Source: Octopus vulgaris (Eukaryota). From it: DNA of 64,000 bases. The stretch's first letter is position 1. Every line of letters begins with the position of its first letter. The DNA lies in contig OX597829.1 of NCBI GenBank assembly GCA_951406725.2, positions 31,310,001 to 31,374,000 of the forward strand, given 5' to 3'. A program made the translations under genes and the position numbers. This document shows, one piece after another, positions 27,850 through 41,427 of this stretch. The notes under the pieces were generated by a model. It did not search any database, was not told where the DNA came from, and saw only the letters and a program-made list of their open reading frames with translations.

Positions 27850-28890
27850 CAGGGATTGGACAAAATAATGGAAACGTCACTTTTATCTATTTAACTTATA
27901 AGGCAATATGACAAGTTCAGTCTGCAAATATGTGTTCAAATCCGATATGTATGTCTTGTACTTCATGATATAGGCCATAGTTTTTCTGTTTTAGCAGACA
28001 TTTATATGCGTGTCCTATTTCATTTCTAAAGAAGACAAGCTGCTGGAGCGCAGACAGCTTATGCTTCAGTCACTAAACTGTTGAATTGTTTGGTGTTTCG
28101 AGAGGCACAGTCTCCAAAATTGTGTAGGCACTTCCAAACCCAAAGTAAAACCAGATCTAGTATGCGTAATTCTGGACGGTATGTGAAGCTGACATGGAGG
28201 GACCGTAGAATTGTGAAACGTACTGTATCTAAGAACATAGCAGCAGAGCTAAACCACCACCTTAGCAACTCAAAATCATTTATCATTAGCTTCTTGTAGC
28301 AGAATACCATGGAGTCGAGTTGGAGGCAGAGTGCTGCAATTGCTAAATATCTCCTGTCTCCCCGCCCCATCAGCATTAATGAGCGGAAAAATGGTGGTGT
28401 CTGGAATATCATTTGGGGGCCAATAGTTCATTGGAACGAATCATCATTCATCCTTGATGAATCATCATTCATTCCTTTTCTCACATCAGGGTGAGTTTAC
28501 GTCGGGAGACAACTCAAAGAAACCTTCAACCCTAACTGTTTTGTTCCTATCATGAAGCATTGACTGGTGATTTGGACAACCAAATCACTGGATACACATT
28601 ACTGATGTTATTCAAAATTGGTACGAAAAGCACAAAATTCAAGTAGACCCCAATGACTGGGCCCGATCAATGAGCGGCTCTTAATACAATCAAACATTTT
28701 TTTTAATGCTTTTTGGAAAAACCCGTGAGAAGCTGCCCTTTTCCGCTTTCATCACTGAAAGAGCTAAAGCAGGATTTACTTGAAGAATGACTCAAAATTC
28801 CACAAACAGTCGCTTAAAAACTGTACGAATAAATTCTTTGACGTATTAAAGTGATTGACACCAAAGATGGACCAAAGTTTGACACCAAAG
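27850..28890 (+). mobile_element. Decayed Tc1-like transposon
   Basis: TA|CAGGGATTGGACAAAATAATGGAAAC TIR; remnants NSGR..KLT.RDRRIVKRTVSK, AAELN, DESSF, W..QS..LN. Confidence 0.75.
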
Positions 28891-28992
28891 ATGTATGTAT
28901 GTATGTATGTATGTATGTATGTATGTATGTATGTATGTATGTATGTATGTATGTATATACATACATACATACATATGCTTATATTATGTATG

Positions 28993-29026
<34 letters not shown>

Positions 29027-29054
29027 TATACATACATACATACACACATACATA

Positions 29055-29183
29055 CAGGGGTTGCACAAAATAATGAAAACACCCTCTTAATTGGAAATCT
29101 TATTATATAACATGGAGCTGGTCCATATTATATAATAAGATTTCCAATTAAGAGGGTGTTTTCATTATTTTGTGCAACCCCTG
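29055..29183. mobile_element. Near-perfect palindromic Tc1-end mini-element
   Basis: ~56-bp perfect inverted arms CAGGGGTTGCACAAAATAATGAAAACACC..., TA on each side. Confidence 0.88.
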
Positions 29184-29243
29184 TATGTATGTATGTATGT
29201 ATGTATGTATATACATACATACATACATACATACATACATACA

Positions 29244-29274
<31 letters not shown>

Positions 29275-29499
29275 GCATATATTATAAGCATACAATTCAT
29301 AATATCAAAGGCGCAGAAAGTAATAGTAAGCACAGCTAATTTTTCTACTCGTACACAGAAATATAATGATTATGACGATACACTTCGTGGTTGATTGGTC
29401 GCGAGGTGTGTTTATCATCCGAGGAGTGGCTTCTCAGCCACGAAACAAACATGTCTCAGTAATCTTTTTTTTTTTTTAGGGCAAGGACAATGATATATA

Positions 29500-29690
29500 C
29501 TCTTTTTCTCTTTCACTACTTTCAGTCATTTGACTGCGGCCATGCTTGAGCATCGCCTTTAGTCGAACAAACCGACCTCAAGACTTATTCTTTGCAAGCC
29601 TGGTACTTATTCTATCGTTCCCTTTTGCCGAACTGCTATATTACGGGGACGTAAACACACCAACATCGGTTGTCAAGCCCGAGGCTATAG
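29500..29690 (-). mobile_element. SINE family B, internally deleted
   Basis: Tail through ggttgtcaagc joined directly to ccgaggctatag. Confidence 0.8.
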
Positions 29691-30340
29691 TATGTCGGCT
29701 GTCACGTGTGGGACGAATTCGGTTGTCGGCCGAGTCTATCGTGAAAAATGCCCCGCCACCTTCCTTTAATCGGGAAGGCAAGGCAGTTTTCATCATACTG
29801 GTGATCATGGTGAAAGAATGTGTGTGGTGGACTCGAGCGAAAGGTTTAGAGACAAACACTTTCCTCTCTGGCCAATCGCTCATCAACTTTCTCAAGTACC
29901 ACTTGAAAAGGAAGATGAGAATAGAGGGGCAAGTTTTGTCTCATGAAAGACTCAATAAAAGGTGAGTGAATGTAGCAAAAACCGGTACGCGCGAATGACG
30001 AAACCACTTCGAGCATGGTCCTGTAAATCGAAGAGAGAGAGAGAGAGAGCGCTTTGCTCTATGTGTTTTCCCCTCCCTGCTTGGGGTTACTGTGGTCTTC
30101 CTCGTAAGCTTTTCTTTCCACGGATAAACGTAATCTGTTTGTTTTCCTTTTACATTTTTACTCTGTTCTGTAATACACGATCCCTTTTGATCGGATGTTT
30201 TTCTACATGACCCTTATTGATCGGAATTTTTTCCTCCTTTTTGTTTCTATTTTCCTTTTTTTCATTCGAAAAGAAAAGCTCTACATTGTATTTTGTCCCC
30301 TCTATGTTCGGCCCTGTGTGGCTAATAAAGAAAGATATCT
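29691..30340 (+). mobile_element. Tx1-clade LINE 3' fragment ending in (TC)n/(TATC)n
   Basis: LSRVGRIRLSAESIV...WWTRAKGLETNTFLSGQSLINFLKYHLKRK; terminus gctaataaagaaagatatct. Confidence 0.9.
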
Positions 30341-30365
30341 ACGACTCTCTCTCTCTATTTGTCTA

Positions 30366-30468
<103 letters not shown>

Positions 30469-31125
30469 GCTAGCTAGCTAGCTAGCTAATGTATGTTCGC
30501 GCGAGTGTATGTATGTGTGTGTGTGTGCGTGCGTATGTGTGTGTGTGTGTACTTGTCTTTGTTTTTATGTTTGTCTCCCCTCCCCCCAACTACCCATTTG
30601 ATAACTGGAGTCAACATTCGTTCTTTGGAAAACCTCGACTATCTGGTGGGAAAGAGTTGCAAGCTCTTCTATTCAGATGCTGTCGTCGAAGACTCGTGAG
30701 ACGAGCTGTGGGATCTTGGTATCTTATTGCAGGATTGCGAATTCTTACAAGGAGGAGTAAGAAGTTATGATGTGTATCTCAACATATATAACTTTTTATT
30801 TGTGATAAAAGTGTACTTTTGAAAATATGTTAGCGTTATTTCGTGTAACAAGTTGGAGCACCATATTATAAATTGGCTAGAATTCTTTAGAATTAGAGAA
30901 CATGATCACGTCTCTGAGCCTTACTAGAAAAATAATTCAACGACATTGTTTTGTAAAGATCTACTTGAATCAGATAACTAAATATTTGCCAATTTGTTCT
31001 ATAGACCGGCCATGCTATAGCTTTCCAGTTGAGTAAAACCGTTTCTGCACTCACCATGTATGAACTTAGCTATTTAAAATCATCTTCTCAGTTTAGAATT
31101 TATCTCGTAAGGCTTTAATTTATAT

Positions 31126-31213
<88 letters not shown>

Positions 31214-31309
31214 TTATAGCAAAAATAGATAAAAGGTGCATTCCAGAAGTTTTAAGATTTTTTTCAAGAGAGCCATTTAATAATTTCAAAGAATTACAAA
31301 GCTCTAACC

Positions 31310-32150
31310 TCTTTTAAAGTAGGGTCTTATGACTTCAATGTACTTACTGTAGTAGTCCAGTCACTCCGTGAAGGTGCGTGGAAATCCTCCAAATAAAGGT
31401 GTCCGAATCTCCTTCACCTTATCAGTGTCTTCAAATGACTGTCCCTAAGATCCTCCTTCAGCTTGTGGACTGTAGGGAGGGTGAGAAACAATTTTTAACG
31501 CCCATCTCTTATTTCTTTACTGCCTACAAGGTGTTACACACAGATGGGACAAACAAGGACAGACATAGGTATTAAGTCGATTATATCGACCCCAGTGCGT
31601 AACTGGTACTTATTTAATCGACCCCGAAAGGATGAAAGGCAAAGTCGACCTTGGCGGAATTTGAACTCAGAACATAGCGGCAGACGAAATACCGCTCAGT
31701 ATTTCGCCCGGCGTGCTAACGTTTCTGCCAGCTCGCCGCCTTAACGGCGCCTTTAACGCCCATCTCTGTCAAGTAGTTGGTTCCCAGGATGGAAGTGTGG
31801 ACTGGGGTATTGTTTTGGTGCAGGTGCTCTAGCCATTTGCGACGAAATTTCTTCCTGAACTCCCCCCCACCAACCCAACAAAGTACTATTTGTTAACTGT
31901 CTGACGAGAAGGAACACAGTGGATGTTGATGATGCCCTTGTTGTCAAAAAAGGGATCATCATGAGCTTTCCGGTGGACTTGATTTCCTTGGCCTCTTGTG
32001 CCAACATAAAACAGACACTTGGCTCATACAAGTTAGTCCGGAAGCAGTCTGGAGCATTTCACAAGTTCCTGTCGTTTTTGCCCTGTTTAACAGAAAACTT
32101 TATTGTATAGTGAGCTCTCAAACTTCCCGACTGCATATGCAAACTAGTTA
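31310..32150 (-). mobile_element. Decayed mariner transposase interrupted by a SINE
   Basis: KSTGKLMMIPF/FDNKGII, LHQNNTPVHTS..NYLTEMG, then beyond the SINE IVSHPPYSP. Confidence 0.75.
31510..31742 (-). mobile_element. Young SINE family A
   Basis: Full length; 16-bp TSD TTTAACGCCCATCTCT. Confidence 0.92.
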
Positions 32151-32394
32151 GCTGTGACAAGTTGTGTTTAGCAGGATGTGTTCAAAGTGCTCTTACAGGC
32201 GTTTACCTCAATGTGGATTAACAAAAGTTGGCTGGTCAGCTTATTATGATATACTAAAATGATATACTAAAAGTATTGATAATCAAGGTCAGTTATAAAC
32301 TACCTCTCCTAAAAAATAGTCTGAAAACTTCTGGAATGTACCTCGCATACTGTACTTCTTGTTGTTTAGGTTGAGACCTATGCAGTTTGCTGCT

Positions 32395-32700
32395 GTCTCG
32401 GTGTTTATTAACTATCTTCAAAAGGGCCACATCATCAATGGAGAGTACTATGCCAACTTGTTACGAAAGGCTATCAAGACCAAACACCCAGGAAAACTGA
32501 CGAAAGGGTATTTGTTTCATCGGGACAATGCTCCTGCACACAAGTCGTTGGTTTCAACGACTGTTGTCCATGACTGTGGCTTTGAACTGGTTGATTGCCC
32601 TCCCTGTTTTCCTCATTTGGCCCCATAATCAGATCTATTTCCTAACATGAAAAACCATTTGGCTGGGAACCAGTATCGTTGCGATGATGACGCTATAGCC
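32395..32700 (+). mobile_element. Mariner transposase catalytic fragment
   Basis: INYLQKGHIINGEYYANLL...LFHRDNAPAHKS...PPCFPHLAP..LFPNMKNHLAG. Confidence 0.88.
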
Positions 32701-32928
32701 ACTGCTGCTACTTGTTACACCACTGCTGTTACTTGTTACATCTGAAGTGTTCTTTGAATAGAATAGTGACAATAACAACAACAACAATGACAACCACAAT
32801 ATTCCTCACTCAGACAACTATAACAACAACTCAAGCGTACGAAACAGAAACAACTATTATAGTAACAACAACAATAACGATGGTGATAGCAACAATAACA
32901 ACAACGTCTCACACACAGATAACGATAC

Positions 32929-35092
32929 CAACATCTCCAGTTACACGGACACCGATGGCTGGACCTTGAACCAGCATGTATAGTTTTTTGTTAAACTTTA
33001 CTATGTGGTTCTTCGAGGTTGTTTTTACACTGGCCCCCCTATTGCATGTGCAATCATTTCTTTCACCTGATTGTTGTTCTCAGATATGTATCCACCCCAA
33101 ATTGACAGTGAAACAGAAGCAAAGATCTCTTTAGCTAGAAATAGACTCCGACATATCTTAGACCGATACAACAAATCCACTAAAAAACATAGTGAGGAGG
33201 GGACCCACCAACTCAGCTCATCTGTTGACAAAGGCCTACAAAAAGTGAAACAACGAATTAGAAACAGAGAATTAGTGTGGCTCCCTACGGACAAGTCTGG
33301 CAGACTGTCAGTAGACAGCCCACAGAACTATGTCCAGACCATGCAACAACACATCAGTATCATGAGAGAAGTTGCACAACAGGAACATGAAAGAGTGGAA
33401 AAACTCCTCAATGCACACATGGGAATGTGGTGCAACATACTCCAACCTATAAAAAGGACGGCACACAATTTCCAAGCATCCAACAAAGATGTTCCTACAC
33501 TATATGGGTTACACAAAGACCACAAACCCTACATAAACCCTGTCGCGGGGCCCCCAACCAGACAAGTTCGCAGAGCGAACATCTCCAGCAACTATAGACT
33601 GTCCTACTTCTTCTCACAGGTATCGCGACCTCTCACAGAAATGTCTCCAGATGTTTGTGTAAGCACGGAAGATCTCCTCAGTAAAATCAGTACTTGCAAC
33701 CACTCCAACGACCTCATAGGTTGTGTAGTGGGTAGTATGAACGTGATTTCACTCTACCCATCTATAGACATAGAGTGAGAGTGAGGTGGAACTGGGCCCC
33801 CCTCCTCAGACTGTAACTATTTAGATGACCATGACCTCAATAGATTCTGCCCCACAAGGTCACAGAGGGTAAGACCACCCTCCATCACTTAAGCTGTGAA
33901 GAAAAGCACCACAGAGCTCTGGAGTGGCTGGACCGCACCTGCCCAAAACCTTGAGAATAACAATCAGGTAAAAGAAATGATTGCACATGCAATTGGGGTC
34001 AGTGTAAAAAACCACCCCGAAGAAACACATAGTTAAGTTTAACAAAAACTATACATGCAGGTTCAAGGTGCAGCCATCTGTCGTGTAACAGGAGATGTGG
34101 CTGGCTTCTTCATGACCTTGTGGGACAGAAAATTTAAACAAATGTTAGCAGAACAGTCCACAACTCTTCTACTCTACAGTAGATATGTTGATGACATTAA
34201 TATCAATAGTTAGGACCAACTCTAATGACTTTAATGTGGAAACCGAGAAGAACGTAATGGAGAGCATCCAGCAAATAGCTAACTCCATCCACCAAAGTAT
34301 CAGGGTAACTATAGATTACCCCCACCAAGCACCCCAATAACAGACTCCCTGTACTTGATACAGAACTTTGGTTAGAGACTGTGAACAATAGAGTGCAGCT
34401 CCTCCACTCCTATTACATGAAACCTATAGCTTCAAAATATGTTGTTCACTAGAACTCAGCTTTGTCACACAACATGAAAATTAACATACTAATACCAGAC
34501 TTAGAATAATGAACAATGTGTCCCCACTATGCGAACCCTATGAAATTAAAAAAACATATACAGAACTTCATGCACCGCATGCAGTTCTCTGGATATGATC
34601 AGAAAGATAGGTTTCGAGTGCACAGGGGAGCTAGAAAGAAATTAGACAACATTATACGTAATGATACCAGTGGTACCTGCCCTTGATATAGAAACAAAGA
34701 ATGGAATAGAATACAAAGAACTTGTGACAAAGCAAACAGGGTGAACACGTGGTATAAAACCGACAAATATAAAGGGGTAATGTTTGTAGAGGCCATAGCC
34801 CAAGGAGAACTAGCTCGTAGATTTAGAAAAGCTCTGAAGGAGACCAAACTCAACATTAAGATTGTTGAAAAGCCAGGGAGCTCTGTCAGATCACAACTAT
34901 GTAGGACGTACCCCTTTGAGAAACCATATGCACCAATGATAACTGCACGGTATGTAGGATTAGCCCTGGCATTAATTGTAGAACTAGAAATGTAGTTTAC
35001 AGCATAAGATGCATAGAAGGTTCTTGTAAAGACATGAATATGACATATATAGGGGAGACATCTTGGAGCATTGCGGAACGACTAAATAGTAA
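32929..35092 (+). mobile_element. Penelope-like element (RT plus C-terminal GIY-YIG endonuclease), pseudogenised, with an inverted 5' piece
   Basis: PTDKSG, PTLYGLHKDHK, SLYPSI, YSRYVDDIN, LPVLD, MQFSGY, Cys-rich linker C-x4-C-x2-C-x7-C, VVY..C..C..YIGETS; several stops and frameshifts. Confidence 0.92.
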
Positions 35093-35789
35093 ATATACAT
35101 AGAAGATATCATACCCCCATACACACAGTTTACACAGGTAGAGTAGAATAGTTAATGGGCTGTTATGTAGATAGATGTATGTATGTGTGTGTGGGTGCAT
35201 GTATGTATGTGTATATGCACATGTATGCAAGCATATGTATATGAAAATAAACAGATCAACATACAGACGGATAGGTACATAGATTATATGAACAGAAAAG
35301 CACACATACGTAAATGGAGACTGAAACACATGACCATACGCACACTTTACTTCACACAAGGACACATATGGAGATACGAGTCCACACATATGGAGATGCA
35401 CATCCATACATGCAAACACGGTACATAGTTGCAAAACACCCATACACACACACGAACTCAGATATGCATACAAAGGCAGACAGAGGTGCATACATATACA
35501 AACACAAGCACACACACACATGCATAAAAAAAAATACACAAAAACAGACATGCAAGCACATGAATATGCAGAGAATACATACATATGCACACTCATACAT
35601 ACATATATACATATGCATACACACGTATATATACATATACACACATACATACATACATACATGCATACATACATACATACATACATACATGCCTGCACAC
35701 ATACATACATGCATGCATAGGCGCACACACACACACTGACCCACACACATGCGCACAAACAAGCAAAAACGAACGCAGTGTAAATAACG

Positions 35790-36170
35790 GATAGAGTCAA
35801 AACTATTGAAAAGGTTGCAAGACGCAGGGAAAATTTTAGGAAAATAAAAATAAGAAATAAGTGGAAAATTTACTGGTGAGTATGTTAAATTATAAGGCAC
35901 AAAAAAAAAATGACTCTCCCCAGACACAGCAGAATATGCTTCAACACACGAACTCACATAAAGAATCTTGCAAGCCAAATCCAAAAACGAAATAAGAAAA
36001 TATGGAAAATTTACTACACTCCATTAGCTGTTACTCTCGAGTTTCAGTGAATGCATGCTTTGTCGGACGGCAACAACAGTGAAAAAACATTTTTAACACA
36101 TGTGAAAACAAGTCGGTGTATTTACCCACAGTTATCATTGGTTAAACAGGCCTCACGTTAATTACACGTG
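35790..36170 (-). mobile_element. Possible Penelope-like pLTR remnant with decayed hammerhead-like motif
   Basis: Minus strand CTGTT...CCGACAAAGCATGC...GAAACTC-GA-GAGTA-ACAG at 36027-36079. Confidence 0.35.
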
Positions 36171-36309
36171 ATATATCAGTATGATTTAGCAAAAAAATAA
36201 ATAAATAAAAAATAAAGTTTGGAGAAGTGATTGTAACTCACTGTGTGTGTGTGTGTGTGTATGAGTGTGTGTGTGTGTGTGTGTGTGTGTGCGTATATGT
36301 ATTGAGAGT

Positions 36310-36445
36310 AAGTGCACAGGAATGAAAGTGATGAAACTGTCTCCAGAGAGTGGAACATCGAGTGTTATGAGTCTTTCACTGACTCCTGTTGGGGTGACTT
36401 GAGAGTACGTCTCCTGCCTTATGCCCGCAGCAAAACCAATCACCT
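36310..36445 (-). mobile_element. RTE/BovB-like APE endonuclease fragment
   Basis: IGFA...PTGVSERLITLDVPLSGDSFITFIPV. Confidence 0.6.
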
Positions 36446-36744
36446 GCGCCCTACATCGATCACGCCCTTCTCCCTATGCCCATCTCCCTACACAGTTACT
36501 CTCATTTGTATGCGTATAACTCAACTGCTCATTCCTTTCTCTTCAGCTTCTCTCCATTGAACACCATCCCCCAAACACCGGTCTCCAAGCACTTTTTTTC
36601 CTCTTCCGTTTCTAACACCCACCTATTCTTTTTATTTCCTTTCTTTTCTTGATGAAGAATTCTCCGATCGAAACGTCAAAGCTTTTTTTTCCTTTTTCTT
36701 TCCAGGCTTGAAACTAATAACTCGTCCCTTTTCTTGTTTTTGCT

Positions 36745-37226
36745 CATACATACATACATACATACATAAATACATACATACATAAATACATACATACATA
36801 CATGCAAACACATACATATGAGCATGCATACACACACATACATGCATGCATGCATCATACATACATATATACATACATACATGCATACATACATACATAC
36901 ATACATGCATGCATGCTTACATACATACATACATACATGCATGCATGCATGCATGCATACATACATACATACATAATACATATATACATACACTCATATA
37001 CATACATACACACATACACACAAACACACATACATAGACACATATACATACATACACACATGCACACATACATACATGCATGCATACACACATATACGTA
37101 CATACACAGACATACACACATACATACACACATACATACATACATAAATACATACATGCATACATTCATACATACATGCATGTATGCATACATACACGCA
37201 TACATACATGCAGGCATCATACATAC
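36745..37226. repeat. (CATA)/(CATG) compound microsatellite
   Basis: Direct inspection; a similar degenerate tract spans 35160-35760. Confidence 0.95.
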
Positions 37227-37429
37227 ATTTTCTTAAGAACGTGTGTATGTATGTATGGTTTAGTAACGTGTACCATGCTTTTGTATATAGTTTTAGCTGG
37301 TTATGTAATCGTGTATAGGCGTAGGCACCTTCTTCATGCTTCCATCTTTTAATCCAGCAGAAAATCTTTGCTATAATAAGTGGAGAGAGAATGGGGGGAG
37401 TGATAGGGGGAGGAAGGGAGGGGAGAATG

Positions 37430-37466
<37 letters not shown>

Positions 37467-37631
37467 GCTGCAATGTCGCTCGGCGGCTATGATTTTCTTC
37501 TGAGTAAACTGAAAATGAAGTGCATTGTTTAAAGGCACAATGCGCTACTTGATGCAGTAATTGAACTCACGGCATAAAGATCATGAGCAGATCACATACT
37601 TAGAAACATACTCACAGATATACAACAAGGA

Positions 37632-37870
37632 GATACAAGGTGTTACATAATGTGTCTTGATACAAGGTGTTACACAATGTGTCTTGATACAAGGTGTTAC
37701 ATAATGTGTCTTGATACAAGGTGTTACATAATGTGTCTTGATACAAGGTGTTACATAATGTGTCTTGATACAAGGTGTTACATAATGTGTCTTGATACAA
37801 GGTGTTACATAATGTGTCTTGATACAAGGTGTTACATAATGTGTCTTGATACAAGGTGTTACATAATGTG
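37632..37870. repeat. 27-bp minisatellite, ~8.9 copies (GATACAAGGTGTTACATAATGTGTCTT)
   Basis: Head-to-tail units with one T>C variant in unit 2; no spacers. Confidence 0.97.
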
Positions 37871-39043
37871 GCCGGCTCTTCATGACCTGGTGGGACAAAA
37901 GACTTGTTAGCAAATGTTACTATTCATTTATGTTGAGAGTTTATAATTATCGCAGCATAAATGCAGTTGCAGAAGTATGGCTAATTGCAGTAAATGACTC
38001 TTGAAATAATTGGAATCGATGTTTTAGCTATAGAAAAAAAAATACATATATCGGTATCTCCCAAAGTTCCTTCAATGTGCGTTATACACTACATGTCGAT
38101 TCCTTTTTATATATGAGGAAATTCAATTCCTTTACATTATCAAAGTATATTAGGCAGTTGAAATGCTAGGGAAGAGAGAACGCTACAAACAAGCTTAGCT
38201 TGACTCTAGAGGAAAAGGCATTCAACGGCCGGTGTAGTAATAGTAATTTGTATGTAACCGAAAAGCCTAATATCCTAACTATAATATAACCAACTGATAC
38301 TCTAAACAGAAGAGAAGAAACTTTCTCTTCATGCTTGCATACAAGAAAATCGAAACTTTATTTCTTCAAACATTTCCTTGCTTTTGACACACTCCAACCA
38401 CAAGCTGCTTAATTACCCGAGTCACCAGGCCCACATCCAAGAAGAACGACACCCCCAATCAAGCCCACGCAACACTCTTTTCGCATACCTTTACTGCATT
38501 TTTCTTTCCCTGTGTGAATTGGTCGTGCATGAACAGATCTGTAACATACAGAAGAGTGGGTACACATTACGAGTGAATCAGAAGTATGCGAAGAACCACA
38601 CCCGATCTAGTATAGGATTCGACTATGTTCACATTGTTGGGGGCCACTTTATGAGGCATCTCATTAAACGAACCAGTTAACATTCAACTGGTTATGTCAA
38701 GTATTTGCCCCCACGCATGATCTAATTATTCGTGTACAATCGACATTGTTTAACTTGAAACTCAACTGAAGTATTTTGCAAGCTTCAAACTGAAATACAT
38801 TCATGCACACATACATATATATGAGTACTATGCATAAATGCATGCATGGCTGCATGCATTCATACTGATATTCATTCTACTACGTATGTATATGTGTATA
38901 CATGTAAATATGTTTCTATGTAGATGTGTGCGTGTGTGTGTGTGTGTGTGTACGTATGTATATATATATATATATATATATACATGCATGTCAGTGTATA
39001 TGTATGTGTGTATGTATGGACAAATTTACATGCACATAACAAC

Positions 39044-39190
39044 CAGGTACGGTTCCAGGAATTTTTCGAATAGTCAAGAGTATACAGTTCCAGGAGAAAA
39101 GGGCGTATTAACATTATTTAGAAAGGTGCACTTCTTTTCTTGAGGAAGGGCACGAGCCACTCAGGCCTCCCACCCTTGGGTCCGCCCATG
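39044..39190. mobile_element. Decayed MITE with CAGGGGCGGATCCAG-type TIRs
   Basis: caggtacggttccagg ... cttgggtccgcccatg. Confidence 0.4.
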
Positions 39191-39599
39191 ACAATGATAA
39201 CAATAGGAAACAGCAACTGAAACTGTATGCGGCGATTCGACCTACTGGAAATAGTAGTTAAATTTTTCTTAGTTGAAACTCGTCAGTTTTTTTTTTTTAA
39301 AGCAAACATGTAGCCCTTGGTACACTGCGTCCGGAAAAAAACAAAGGACTTGTTGGTCATACTGTAGCGCATCTGCTTGTATGTGTTGAATGAGTTCTGA
39401 TCTTGGTCTTAACAACAACAACAACACCGTCTTACAAAAACAAGACCAACATTTATTCCAACAGTGACAACACCATCAATACCAACAACTACAACAACAA
39501 TAGTAAAGAACATCAGCGCCACTACACCATAACAGCAAAAGCTAAAACAAAAACAGATGCTTCCTCCACCAACAGCAACAGCACAATCACTACCATTAA

Positions 39600-39726
39600 C
39601 AATCTCCAGGGATACAGGCATCCAGCAACAGGACCTCCGTAATGCCATGATGGACCGTGAAGTCTGGCGTAGCATGGTAAATTCCATTGCCTCGACCACG
39701 GTCGAACAATGATGAATGATGATGAC
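39600..39726 (+). mobile_element. RTE-clade LINE extreme 3' end with (TGA)n tail
   Basis: ISRDTGIQQQDLRNAMMDREVWRSMVNSI..EQ* followed by tgatga repeats. Confidence 0.75.
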
Positions 39727-39796
39727 CATTAACAACAGCACTTCAAACGACAACTCCAATCACCAGCCATAACAACAGAACAAACATTATATTGCT

Positions 39797-40010
39797 TTCA
39801 AATTTTTTGGCACAAGGCCAGCAATTTGGAGGGAAGGAGTAAATCGATTACATCGATACCCAGTACTCAACTGGTACTTATTTTATCGACCCCGAAAGGA
39901 TGAAAAGTAAAAGTTGGCCTCGGTGGAATTTGAAACTTAAAACGCAAAGACAGAGGAAATGCTGCTAAGCATTTTGCCCGGTGTGCTAACGATTCTGCAG
40001 ATGGCCGACT
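39797..40010 (-). mobile_element. SINE family A
   Basis: atcgaccccgaaaggatgaaa...gaatttgaa...gctaacgattctgc. Further decayed family A pieces at 40310-40440 and 40645-40770. Confidence 0.85.
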
Positions 40011-40486
40011 TACAACAGAACAAATAATTGATTAACAATAAAAATGACAGCACCATCATCATCAACAAGAAAACTACCAACCCCAAAACCTCAAACTCTG
40101 TAGCCAAAAACAGCAAAAAAAAAAAAGAAAGAAAGAACAAGGTGAAGGAATATTTATAAGATTTCTGCTGCGATGAAATCATTCTCAATACTAATTGACA
40201 ATAATTTTCTCTAATTAAAACAAATTACTTTCTGAATACGTGGAAAACGAAGGAAATTTAGAAATGAAAAGTCAGAATTTAATGATTTGTGTATAAAGCA
40301 GAGCAGTATGTTGGGTGAGTCGGTAAAGCATCGGACAGAATTTCTCACAGTATGCATTCTGAGTTCAAATCTTGCCGTCAACATCAACTTTAATTTTAAT
40401 CCCTTCAAGATCGATATAAAAGTATTATTCCAGTACTGAACTCGCTTTCTCTCTCTCTCTCTGTATATATATATACATCTTCTCTC

Positions 40487-40537
<51 letters not shown>

Positions 40538-40774
40538 GGACGTATAAACAAAACACATACACTATATATATATGAGATCGATAATGTTCACATTATTAGA
40601 ACGGCTCTTAATTTAGATGTTCTATTCAAAAAAATTAATATTTGAGTTCAAATATAACTCAGGTCAATTTTGCCTTTCATTTTTCCAAGGTCACTAAAAT
40701 AAAGTACCAGTGAAGTATAGTGGCTGATTTCATCCCTAATCTGAGGCCACGTTCCGTTGTTGGAAATTAATATG

Positions 40775-40931
40775 GCGCAGATGTGGCTGTGTTGTAAGAG
40801 GCTTACTCTCCAATCACATGGTCCTGATTTCAACCACACTGCGTGGCACCTTGGGCAGGTATCTTCTACTATAACCTCGGGCCGACCAGAGGTTTGTGAG
40901 TGGATTTGGTAGGCGGAAACCATCATTCACG

Positions 40932-40980
<49 letters not shown>

Positions 40981-41395
40981 CTCTTTTACTCTTTTACTTG
41001 TTTCAGTCATTTGACTGCGGCCATGCTGAAGCACCGCCTTTAATCGAGCAACTCGACCCCGGGACTTATTCTTTTGTAAGCCCAGTACTTATTCTATCGG
41101 TCTCTTTTGCCGAACCGCTAAGTAACGGGGACATAAACACACAAGCATCGGTTGTCAAGGAATGCTAGGGGGACAAACACAGACACACAAACACACACAC
41201 GCATATATATATACATATATACGACGGGCTTCTTTCAGTTTCCGTCTACCAAATCCACTCACAAGGCTTTGGTCGGCCCGAGGCTATAGTAGAAGACACT
41301 TGCCCAAGGTGCCACGCAGTGGGACTGAACCCAGAACCATGTGGTTGGTTAGCAAGCTACTTACCACACAGCCACTCCATACATATATATGTATG

Positions 41396-41427
<32 letters not shown>

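Noticed and set aside
37632-37870. CRISPR-like repeat array
   Set aside because: Units are contiguous with no spacers, there are no cas genes, and the context is eukaryotic.
38378-38680. 100-aa ORF
   Set aside because: Non-ATG start, no recognisable domain, no convincing splice signals.
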